From: Gemmatimonadales bacterium | GTDB lineage: Bacteria > Gemmatimonadota > Gemmatimonadetes > Gemmatimonadales > GWC2-71-9 | Reading direction: 5' to 3' | Length of the DNA stretch: 64,000 nucleotides | Assembly (NCBI GenBank): GCA_041577295.1 | Contig: JBFGJG010000021.1 | Span: forward strand, 1 to 64,000 | In this document: piece after piece, positions 9,217 through 17,639 of the stretch | Layout of the letters: each line of letters opens with the position of its first letter | How positions within the stretch are numbered: position 1 is the stretch's first letter | The notes under the pieces: model-generated | What the model was told of the DNA's origin: nothing | Seen by the model: the letters and a program-made list of their open reading frames with translations, nothing else | Database searches by the model: none | Translations under genes and position numbers: made by a program

Positions 9217-11466
9217 TCACGGGAGCTTCAGCCGTTTGGCCAAGTCATCGAGCCGCCGATCGTGGCGAATCGGGTCCAGGAGTGGCTCGACACGAAGGTA
9301 GGCAAGCCATCCGCGGCGTTCGACGTACGCACGCTCGAGTGCGTCGAACACCCGCTCATGGTCCTCGAGGCCGAGGTAGGCAGTAGCAAGCGCAACCGGA
9401 GAGATGTACTCACCTGCGCTCTCACGAGTGGTGAGTTCGTCCACTATGCGCTCGGCGGCGTTGCGGTCGCCGCGTTGGGCAGCTACGTGCGCGAGCGTCG
9501 CGAGCGAAGCCACGTTTGACTTCTTTGCGAGGTCCACTGCCCTCCGCAAAGCGTTCTCTGCTTTCTCGAGCTTTCCAGCGTTGAGATAGACCAATCCCAG
9601 AACGCGATGTGTTTCCTCTGCATCGGGATCGATGCCGAGGGCGAGTTGAAGGTGCTCGACAGCGAGGTCAGATCTGCGAGCGAAATAATGTAGCCAGCCG
9701 AGCCCGCGGCGTGCCGATATTGCGCCGGGGTCGAACTCCACCGCGAGCTTCCCCTCCTTGAGGGCCTCGGCGAGTCGCCCCATCGCGAGGTGGAGCCATG
9801 CGTACCACTGATGGGCCGTCGCATAACGCGGATTGAGCTGGATCGCTCTGCGAAAGGCTCTTTCGGCCGCCTTCCAATCCCACTCGTAGATGAAATTCAC
9901 CCATCCGAGTGAGGTGTGCGCCTCCGCAAGCCCTTCATCGAGCTCGAGAGCTTTCAACGCCTCGTCTTTGGCGCGCAACATCCCCTCCGCAACCGGTAGC
10001 CCTCGGTAGTCGATTTGGATCGCATGCGCGTCCGACAGTCCGGTGAAGGCGAGCGCGTAGTTGGGATCCTCCTCGAGTGCCTGCTCGAAGTAGGCGATCG
10101 CCTGGGCCAGATCTCGTGGGGTGCGGAGATTCCAGTGGTAGCGACCACGAAGGTAGAGGTTGTAGGCACGCACGTTTTGGGTATGACGGTGTGGCTCTAT
10201 CTCACCCACCGGCGCAAGGAGATGGCTGCGCAGCGTCTTTACGATCGTCTGCGCGATCTCGTCCTGGACGGCAAAGATGTCTTCGACGTCACGATCGTAA
10301 CGCTCGGACCACAAGTGCCGGCCCTCGGTGACGTCTGTGAGTCGTGCCGTGATCCGAAGGCGATTCCCTACCTGGCGCACGGTGCCCTCGAGCACGGTCG
10401 CCACGCCAAGTTGTGCACCGATCGCACGTACGTCTTGCCGCATTCCCTTGAATGCAAACGCCGACGTCCGGGAGGTGACGTGCAGCCCCTCGACCTCAGT
10501 GAGCGCGTCGATAAGATCGTCCGATATCCCATCGCTCAGGTACTCGTTGTTGGGGTCGGGGCTGGCATTCTCGAACGGAAGAACCGCTATGCGCTGCGGA
10601 CCGCTCGGCCGGAGGGCGTGCGAGGCGCCGCTCGGAGGAGCCGTCAGTGCACCTGCAAACTCACGGACACTCGCAAACCGGTCGCCGGGCTCTTTGGCCA
10701 GGGCAGTCGCGATCGCGCGCTCTACAACGAACTCGACGTCGGGCCGCAGCGTGCGCACCGAAGGCGCCGGCTCGATCGCGTGCTTTGCCATCGTCGCCCG
10801 AGCGGTCGGTCCGTGAAACGGCGGGTCTCCAGTCAGCATCTCGAACAGAACACACGCCAAACTGTATTGATCACTGCGCGCATCGATTTCCTCTTCCGCC
10901 GACACCTGTTCCGGACTCATATAAGCAGGTGTCCCCACGGCGAGTCCGGGCTCGGTAATGCGGTCCGATCCGATGGCGCTGAGACCAGTTGCCACGCCAA
11001 AGTCGGTGAGCACCGGCTGTCCTTCGCTGATCAGAATGTTCTCTGGTTTGATGTCGCGATGGAGGACGCCTTCACGATGTGCGTAATCGAGCGCTGCGGC
11101 GACCGTTCGCGTGATGCGGATCGCCTCGTCCACTGGCAGACGTTTTTCCCGATTCAATCGGTCACGAAGTGTCCTGGACCCGACGAATGGCATCACGTAG
11201 TACAGGAAGCCATCACACTCACCCGAGTCGTGGAGCGGCAGGATTTGCGGATGAGTCAACCGAGCGGCGATGCGAATCTCACGGAAGAAGCGCTCAACCG
11301 CTGGTCCGCTCAGGAGGTCCGGTCGCAGCACCTTGATCGCGACTGTTCGGGCGTGCTTCAAGTCGTTTGCCAGGTAGACGTTGGCCATTGCCCCGCGACC
11401 GATCTCCTCCTTGAGGGTGTATCGATCCTTGAGGGCCTGTCGCAGGTGGTCGATGTCGCACTCCAT
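9217..11466 (-). CDS. Ser/Thr protein kinase with TolB-N-like domain and TPR repeats
   Basis: HRDIKPEN, DFG, GTPAYMSPE, then IAVLPFEN..YLSDGI module and multiple TPRs. Confidence 0.92.
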   Translation of the reverse strand: MECDIDHLRQALKDRYTLKEEIGRGAMANVYLANDLKHARTVAIKVLRPDLLSGPAVERFFREIRIAARLTHPQILPLHDSGECDGFLYYVMPFVGSRTLRDRLNREKRLPVDEAIRITRTVAAALDYAHREGVLHRDIKPENILISEGQPVLTDFGVATGLSAIGSDRITEPGLAVGTPAYMSPEQVSAEEEIDARSDQYSLACVLFEMLTGDPPFHGPTARATMAKHAIEPAPSVRTLRPDVEFVVERAIATALAKEPGDRFASVREFAGALTAPPSGASHALRPSGPQRIAVLPFENASPDPNNEYLSDGISDDLIDALTEVEGLHVTSRTSAFAFKGMRQDVRAIGAQLGVATVLEGTVRQVGNRLRITARLTDVTEGRHLWSERYDRDVEDIFAVQDEIAQTIVKTLRSHLLAPVGEIEPHRHTQNVRAYNLYLRGRYHWNLRTPRDLAQAIAYFEQALEEDPNYALAFTGLSDAHAIQIDYRGLPVAEGMLRAKDEALKALELDEGLAEAHTSLGWVNFIYEWDWKAAERAFRRAIQLNPRYATAHQWYAWLHLAMGRLAEALKEGKLAVEFDPGAISARRGLGWLHYFARRSDLAVEHLQLALGIDPDAEETHRVLGLVYLNAGKLEKAENALRRAVDLAKKSNVASLATLAHVAAQRGDRNAAERIVDELTTRESAGEYISPVALATAYLGLEDHERVFDALERAYVERRGWLAYLRVEPLLDPIRHDRRLDDLAKRLKLP

Positions 11467-11483
11467 GACCCGTAAGATGGATC

Positions 11484-11555
11484 GAGGGAGGAGCAGGGGG
11501 GAGTGGGGAGTGGAAACGGTGAGTAACGAGTAGGGAGTGATGAGTCGTGAGCGAT
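11484..11555. repeat. Degenerate 7-nt tandem repeat (GAGYNNN)
   Basis: GAG-headed heptamers at 11484, 11491, 11501, 11508, 11521, 11528, 11535, 11542 and 11549. Confidence 0.65.
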
Positions 11556-11638
11556 TACCGACAGCCGGTTGCCGCCAGGCCCACCAACCCCTCTGGAGTG
11601 GGTACTCTTCGTTAGCGTTTCAACAACCAGAGGGCTCA

Positions 11639-12076
11639 ATGCACGCTGCTCGATTCGGAATCGTTATTGTGGCGGTCGCCGCCGTTGTCAGCGTCTCAGT
11701 TGCTGATGCACAAGTGACGGAGCACCGGACGGGAGCGGTGGAGGCGGCTTCGGCTTGGTTGACTCTGGTGGACAGCGGAGAGTACGGCGAAAGCTGGGAT
11801 GAAGCGGCCGAGCTGTTTCGGGCCGCGATGGGCCGCGACCGTTGGGTTACCACTCTCGGCAACGTTCGCGGTCCCCTTGGTGCCGTTCTCACGCGGACGG
11901 TCGGGTCGGCGGAGTTCACGACCGAGTTGCCCGGCGCTCCTCCTGGGGCGTATGTGGTGATCCAATTTGAGACCAGCTTTGCCAACTTTCCGAACGCCGT
12001 CGAGACGGTTACACCGATGCGCGACCCAGACGGGAGTTGGCGCGTTTCCGGTTACTTCATCCGTCAGGCACCGTAG
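11639..12076 (+). CDS. DUF4019-type secreted protein
   Basis: Signal peptide, then WL.LVDSG.Y..SW, R.PLG, LPGAP.G.YV.IQF.T.F, ETVT..DG.WRV.GYFI. Confidence 0.85.
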   Translation: MHAARFGIVIVAVAAVVSVSVADAQVTEHRTGAVEAASAWLTLVDSGEYGESWDEAAELFRAAMGRDRWVTTLGNVRGPLGAVLTRTVGSAEFTTELPGAPPGAYVVIQFETSFANFPNAVETVTPMRDPDGSWRVSGYFIRQAP

Positions 12077-12088
12077 TCCGCATTCTGC

Positions 12089-12529
12089 TCACACCCGCAG
12101 GTAGTCGGGCCGCCACGCCTTCACGAGGCGCTTGACTGCCTCCCGATCGCGGATCCCTTCCTCTCGCACCTGCTGGGCTAGGTCAGGTAGCTCCTCGTCG
12201 GAAGCGAACCGCATCGCAATCAACTGTCCGATAGTGAACTCGTTGACGTGCCGCGCGAGATCCGGAGGAAGACAGCGTTCGAGACGAAGGCGCTCCTCGA
12301 GCCGGATGATCCTGTCCTGAGCAGTGGTCGCAAAGGTTCGCGCGTAGTATGCGAGCAGAAGTAGTGCGACCGCCAACAGGAGATGGACGGCCGCGTCGAT
12401 GGAGAGTCGTGTCGCTGCCCTGTACAGGGACCACAGCAGATTCACGGCGAGGATACCCAACGTGAATGCGTGATAGCCGATGACGACTCGCCGATGGTTG
12501 TCGTAGCTTTGCGGTTCAGCCTCGTTCAT
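12089..12529 (-). CDS. DUF6526-type small membrane protein
   Basis: QSY.NH, two TM helices, QDRIIRLEE.LR, QLIA.RFASD.EL, W.PD.LRV. Confidence 0.8.
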   Translation of the reverse strand: MNEAEPQSYDNHRRVVIGYHAFTLGILAVNLLWSLYRAATRLSIDAAVHLLLAVALLLLAYYARTFATTAQDRIIRLEERLRLERCLPPDLARHVNEFTIGQLIAMRFASDEELPDLAQQVREEGIRDREAVKRLVKAWRPDYLRV

Positions 12530-12710
12530 CGAAAGATTCTCCTCCAGTTGTCGGTCGTTCCCTGTTACAGGATGTGGCCTTCCACGGTCGTTGGCCAATT
12601 GAGCAAGCACCGTCGCCGGGCGCGTGTCGGAATGCTATCTTCGTATCCATGTTGCTGTTGCCGCTGCCCCTCGGGATCGGTAGCAATCACGTTGCCCGGA
12701 GTCCGACACC

Positions 12711-13700
12711 ATGACCGCCGCCATCCTCGGCATCATCGCCGCGGTCTTTGTGGCACTCTGGCTCTTTGAGTGGATGCGAAGCAGGAAGAAAACCGACCTG
12801 ATGCGGGTTTACCAGAGCGTTTATCAAGCCCTCCCGACGGGGCTCAACGTGTGGCACCTGGTGAAACGGGGTGACCCGGGCTCCCTTCGACTGGTCGCGT
12901 CGAATCCCGAGGCCGCAAGGGCGACCGGCATACCGAGCGTGGATTGGGTTGGGCAGTCGATCGTTGACGTGTTCCCGGAAGCGGTCCCGCGCGGCATTGC
13001 CGACCAGATCGCCGAGGTGGCGCGTACGGGAGTGGTCAAGGATTTGGGCGAGATATCCTACGGCGACGCCCGAATGCCCGAAGGTTTCTTTACCGTGTTT
13101 GCGTTTCCGATCCCAGGTGATCGCGTCGCTGTCGCTTTTTCGAACGTTACCAAACAAAAGCTTGCTGAGCTGGCCGTAAAACGAAAGTCCTCTTTCGTCG
13201 AGTTGCTTCAAGGCGTGGCCATAGCCGCCAACCAAGCGCGCGATGTACGGGCCGCGTTGAAGACATCACTGCCCGAAATCTGTAAGCGCACCGGGTGGCC
13301 GGTTGGACTGGCCTTGCTTCGGGCGACGGACGGCGGTGCGTCGTTTGCCGGAGAGTACCTCTGGCACCTCACCGATCCATCGAAGCACTCCCAATTCCGC
13401 CAGGCCGCGGAGGCCCGCGAGTTCGACCCCGCAGCCGGTCTCCCTGCCCGTGTGCTGAAGGGTGGCTCTCCGCAGTGGGTGGTCGACCTGGGGTCGGAGC
13501 CCGGGCTACCGGAAGCCGCCACCGCGACCGCATGTGGCCTCCGGTCCGCATACGCCTTCCCGATCACAGTTGCCGGGCGAGTGGAAGGGGTGCTCGAGTT
13601 CTACGGTACGGACACCTGGATGCCTGATGATCTATTGCTCGACATCATGAGCAGCGCAGGGCTCCAGCTGGGGCGGGTCATCGAACGCCAAAGAGAGTGA
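12711..13700 (+). CDS. Membrane-anchored PAS + GAF sensor protein with no output domain
   Basis: N-terminal TM helix, PAS-like segment (NPEA..TG....VG.SI.DVFP), GAF motifs (GLP.RV..GG.P.WV, AFPI...V.GVLEF). Confidence 0.75.
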   Translation: MTAAILGIIAAVFVALWLFEWMRSRKKTDLMRVYQSVYQALPTGLNVWHLVKRGDPGSLRLVASNPEAARATGIPSVDWVGQSIVDVFPEAVPRGIADQIAEVARTGVVKDLGEISYGDARMPEGFFTVFAFPIPGDRVAVAFSNVTKQKLAELAVKRKSSFVELLQGVAIAANQARDVRAALKTSLPEICKRTGWPVGLALLRATDGGASFAGEYLWHLTDPSKHSQFRQAAEAREFDPAAGLPARVLKGGSPQWVVDLGSEPGLPEAATATACGLRSAYAFPITVAGRVEGVLEFYGTDTWMPDDLLLDIMSSAGLQLGRVIERQRE

Positions 13701-14587
13701 AACGCCCGTCGCTGCCAAAGAGGCCAAGGCGGGCCAGCGAGGATCTCCTGGCCCGTTTTACTTGGGCCGCGGTCGTCGTTGTGCTGGTCCGCTCACCGTA
13801 TGCAGCGTCCGATGCATCGCTCAACCAATACGTTTTGACAGAAGATGCTGCCGTGCGCACCGAGCTGCCCCGTGCGCTCAGGGAGATCTCAGGACTGGCA
13901 GTGACAGCCGATGGCCGGCTCTTCGGGCACGGTGACGAACGCGCCGTTATTTCGCAGATCGACCCGCGCTCCGGCGACGTGGTGAAGGCGTTCGAACTCG
14001 GCGAGGATGCCCTTCGCGGCGATTTCGAGGGATTGGCGGTTGCTGGGGACCGCTTCTACCTCGTGACGAGTGACGGAATCATCTACGAGGCTCAGGAAGG
14101 CGGGGACGGGGCACGCGTTCCGTACCATCGGTTTGACACGGGCGCGGGCAAACACTGTGAGGTGGAAGGCCTCGCATTTGAGGCAGCGCAACGCACGCTG
14201 CTCATCGCATGCAAGTCGGTGTCTATCGATCGGCTTCGTGGATCGGTCGTCGTCCTCCGATGGTCACTCGATCGGCGCGAGTTCGATGTTGGCTTACCGA
14301 TTCGGATGTCGGAAGCTGCCCTCTCGGCACTCACCAACGACCGGCGGTTTCGGCCAACGGGAATCGAGTGGCACAGCGGGAGCGGGAATCTGTACCTCAT
14401 CGCGGGACCCGATGGGCTGATTGCCGAAGTCACACTTGAAGGACGGGTGCTCGCCACGAAGAGACTCCCCCGGATCCATCGTCAACCAGAAGGCATAGCG
14501 TTTCTACCTGACATGACCATGGTGATCGCGGATGAGGGCAGGCGACGTGGGCGCTTGACGCTGTATAGGAGGGGTGGTGCGGAGTGA
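13697..14587 (+). CDS. SdiA-regulated/YjiK-like beta-propeller protein
   Basis: Repeated EISGL, DFEGL, EVEGL, PTGI, QPEGI blade motifs. Confidence 0.75.
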   Translation: MKRPSLPKRPRRASEDLLARFTWAAVVVVLVRSPYAASDASLNQYVLTEDAAVRTELPRALREISGLAVTADGRLFGHGDERAVISQIDPRSGDVVKAFELGEDALRGDFEGLAVAGDRFYLVTSDGIIYEAQEGGDGARVPYHRFDTGAGKHCEVEGLAFEAAQRTLLIACKSVSIDRLRGSVVVLRWSLDRREFDVGLPIRMSEAALSALTNDRRFRPTGIEWHSGSGNLYLIAGPDGLIAEVTLEGRVLATKRLPRIHRQPEGIAFLPDMTMVIADEGRRRGRLTLYRRGGAE

Positions 14588-14607
14588 GCAGCGCGGAATA
14601 AGTAAGG

Positions 14608-15489
14608 TTACCCGGCAGTGCGCTCCGTGATGATCGTCCGCAGTTCGGCCAGACGGTCCGCCGGTACGCCGCGGCGTGCCGCGAGCTCCAGGAGATACGC
14701 CGCACCGGCTTGATAGAGAGTTGCAAAGGGGTGCGGTGCTGCCGCGAGTGCTTCGAGATGCCTGCTCACCGTCGCCACGTCTCCGCGCTCGACCGGGCCG
14801 GTGAGCGATGTCTCGGGTCCGGTCAACAGCGCATTGGACACGCTGGCCCGAATGAGTGGGGCCAGCGCCCTTCGCGCTTCTCTGCGTGGCACCCCCGCCC
14901 GTTCCATGATCGCTTCGGCCGCGTCGAGGAGCGCCACGAGGTGATTGCTTGCCATCACGGCGGCCGCGTGGTACGCGGCGCGGCCGGCGGGCGGAACACA
15001 CACGAAGATGCCCTCTAAGGCATCGACCACCTCCTGCGCCCATCGCAGTGCATCAGCTTCGGCGGTTACGCCGAATGCCGATCCCCGGAGTGCCTCCACC
15101 CCCCGCTCGGCGGTTGGAACGGTCTGCAACGGGTGCAGCGCTCCGCAAGAAACGCCCTTCGCGGCCAACGCGGCGAGCGCTTCCGCACCGACGACGCCTG
15201 CGGTGTGCAACGCCGCACCGCGGTGCATTCCACCCATTGCGAGACGCTTGGCAACGTCGGCGATGGCACGATCCGGAACGGCAATCAACAGGCGTTCCGC
15301 CAGACCGGCGACAGCCTCCAGCGATGTTCCCCGCACGCCGGAGCCGATGAACGCCGCCGCATCTGTCGCGCGTCCCAGATCCCGACCGGCGACAGCAACG
15401 ACAGGAGCGGCTGCCTGGACCAGGAGGCGACCCATGGCTCGGGCGACCCGCCCGGTTCCGATGATCGCGATCGCGTAGGGAGTTGCCAT
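14608..15489 (-). CDS. Rossmann-like + DUF2520 oxidoreductase (PanG-type ketopantoate reductase candidate)
   Basis: IIGTGRV, AVPD, LHPLQT, YHAAAV.ASN, LTGPV.RGD..TV..HL. Coupled to panC. Confidence 0.8.
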   Translation of the reverse strand: MATPYAIAIIGTGRVARAMGRLLVQAAAPVVAVAGRDLGRATDAAAFIGSGVRGTSLEAVAGLAERLLIAVPDRAIADVAKRLAMGGMHRGAALHTAGVVGAEALAALAAKGVSCGALHPLQTVPTAERGVEALRGSAFGVTAEADALRWAQEVVDALEGIFVCVPPAGRAAYHAAAVMASNHLVALLDAAEAIMERAGVPRREARRALAPLIRASVSNALLTGPETSLTGPVERGDVATVSRHLEALAAAPHPFATLYQAGAAYLLELAARRGVPADRLAELRTIITERTAG

Positions 15490-16361
15490 TATCGCGCTTC
15501 GTCCGTGGAATCAGATTCTACCGTCACGTTGTCGATGAGACGGGTACCACCCACCCAGGTTGCACCGGCCACAATCACCCGGCCAGAAATGGAGCGCACG
15601 GGCTGCAGCTCTACCACATCGACGATCTCGAAATACTCCACACGTATCCCGGGCAGCTCATCGAGCATCGCCATAGCGGCTTCCTTGACGCGGACAGGAT
15701 CCCTCTCTCCCAACTGGATGCGCTGCTCCGCGACTTGGAGGGCTCGGGAGAGGCCGGTGGCGACCTCCCGGTCATCGGGCGTCAAGTGCTGATTCCGCGA
15801 GCTGAGCGCCAACCCGTCCGCCTCGCGCACCGTCGGCACGCCAACGATTTCCACGGGGAAATTCAGATCGCGCACCATCCGCCGAATGACGGCGAATTGC
15901 TGTGCGTCCTTCTCGCCAAAATACGCCCGGTCGGGCTGCACGATGTTAAACAGCTTAGCAACCACGGTGGCGACACCGCGGAAATGGCCTGGACGAAAAG
16001 CGCCGCATAGATAGTCGGTGAGGTGTGAGACGTCGACCGTGGTTCGTAAACGCTCGGGATACATCTCATGCGCCGTCGGCGCAAACACCGCGTCCACGCG
16101 GAGTTGCTCGCAGACCGCTACGTCACCGTCGAGTACTCGTGGGTACCTCTCGAAATCCTCCGGCCGATCGAACTGGATTGGGTTCACGAAAATGGTCACG
16201 GTGACGTGATCGCACTCCTGGCGTGCTTGGGCAATGAGACGCTCGTGACCAGCGTGCAGTGCACCCATCGTCGGTACCATCCCGAGCGTCAATGCCCGGC
16301 TACGCGGACTGGCAAGGTGACTGCGCAGCTCGGAGATCGAGCGAATCACGGAAGTCGGCAT
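15489..16361 (-). CDS. panC: Pantoate--beta-alanine ligase
   Basis: VPTMGALHAGH, IFVNP.QF, RPGHF.GV, FGEKD.QQ, READGLA.SSRN, RLIDN. Confidence 0.97.
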   Translation of the reverse strand: MPTSVIRSISELRSHLASPRSRALTLGMVPTMGALHAGHERLIAQARQECDHVTVTIFVNPIQFDRPEDFERYPRVLDGDVAVCEQLRVDAVFAPTAHEMYPERLRTTVDVSHLTDYLCGAFRPGHFRGVATVVAKLFNIVQPDRAYFGEKDAQQFAVIRRMVRDLNFPVEIVGVPTVREADGLALSSRNQHLTPDDREVATGLSRALQVAEQRIQLGERDPVRVKEAAMAMLDELPGIRVEYFEIVDVVELQPVRSISGRVIVAGATWVGGTRLIDNVTVESDSTDEAR

Positions 16362-16411
16362 GTGACGTTAGCAGTGAGTAGGAGCAGTGAGCTGGCCCTG
16401 CTTCCGGTCAC

Positions 16412-17491
16412 CTACTCCACCGCGTACCCCTCGCCGTAGAACTTGCTCGTGCTGCGCGTGTGAAACGTAATGGCCTTGATCGGTTCGTACTTTGGGTTTG
16501 GCAGTCCTGGAAGGACGTCCAACACTTCATCCTCCCACACGTACACGGCCATGGGGACTGAAACCCGCGCTCGGCCGATGCGGGTTGCCTCACGTGGCTT
16601 GCTAACGCGGTGCGTGGTGGAAGGGAGCCGATCGTTTGTAATCCGCTGCATGTAGTCACCAGTGTTGATGATGATCGATCCCCACGGAGCGTTGAGGCGG
16701 ATCCATTTGCCGGTTTGATGGTTCCAGACCTGCAGACCCTCTACCCTCGGCGCCGGGAGTATAGTGAAGAGATCAACGTCTTCGTGACCGAGCAGGCGTC
16801 CGGCGCCGGAAAACGCGTCCGCGCGACCAATGGGTGGATAGTAGTTGAGTCGCAGGCCAAAATTGGTGTTCGTCAGCTTGGCATCGTAGAGGTGTGGGTC
16901 GACCCCGATATACCGAAAGATGCTTTGCGTTATCGGGAGAATGAGCCTTTCGTGCTCGAGGCACAGCTGCCGGAAGAACGGTTCGTATTCGGGAAGAGGC
17001 CAGAACTCCGCCGCATCGTATGCCTGCGCTCGCCGAGGGTCCAGGTCGAAGGCGCGCCGGCAAAATACCCATCCTTCGACCAGGTCGGGGTGAATGTCGC
17101 TGGTTTCCTTGATGGGGAAGTATCCCTGGCTCACCGAGCCGTGTCGGCGAGCGCGATAGCGCATCTTGTCTTCGAGAGAGGGGCGGGTAAACAGCTCCAC
17201 CACGTTGACTTCAGCCTCGTCGTAAAGCGTTGGGTCGATGCCATGTCCCGTGAGGATGGCAAATCCAATGTCTTCTAGTGCTTCACCTAATTCCTCTGCG
17301 AAGCGCTGCCTCCCTGCCTCCCCGCCGGACCAAAACTGGCCCAGATCGCAGGTCTTGATTTGATACTCTTCGTCAAACTGGTCCTCGCCCGGCGTCTCAG
17401 CGAGATGGTAGGTGTGAGACTTCTCGACCTGATCGAAACGGGTGAACTCCCGATTGACGGCGTGAACACCATGGTCTTTCTTGGTGGACAT
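16412..17491 (-). CDS. Isopenicillin N synthase-family 2OG/Fe(II) oxygenase
   Basis: IGFA.L..HG N-domain, LRLNYYP, HxD (HED), NTGD.M...TN, distal H (HRV), RxS. Confidence 0.85.
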   Translation of the reverse strand: MSTKKDHGVHAVNREFTRFDQVEKSHTYHLAETPGEDQFDEEYQIKTCDLGQFWSGGEAGRQRFAEELGEALEDIGFAILTGHGIDPTLYDEAEVNVVELFTRPSLEDKMRYRARRHGSVSQGYFPIKETSDIHPDLVEGWVFCRRAFDLDPRRAQAYDAAEFWPLPEYEPFFRQLCLEHERLILPITQSIFRYIGVDPHLYDAKLTNTNFGLRLNYYPPIGRADAFSGAGRLLGHEDVDLFTILPAPRVEGLQVWNHQTGKWIRLNAPWGSIIINTGDYMQRITNDRLPSTTHRVSKPREATRIGRARVSVPMAVYVWEDEVLDVLPGLPNPKYEPIKAITFHTRSTSKFYGEGYAVE

Positions 17492-17639
17492 TGGTCGTCC
17501 TCTACGAATCGATGCGTCTTAGAATTCCGGCCCAATGTACAAGTGTACCGCCTTCTCTCGGCCGGGGAAGAGGACCGTCGCAACTCTCATCGGAAACGGT
17601 CGGATGTCTGCAAGATCGTGTTGTCGGAAAGGATGGCAC

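Noticed and set aside
10015..11475. 486-aa plus-strand ORF, and similar long ORFs at 26687-28009, 43587-44750 and 54941-55981
   Set aside because: These are antisense shadows of well-supported genes, common in GC-rich DNA, with no recognisable motifs.
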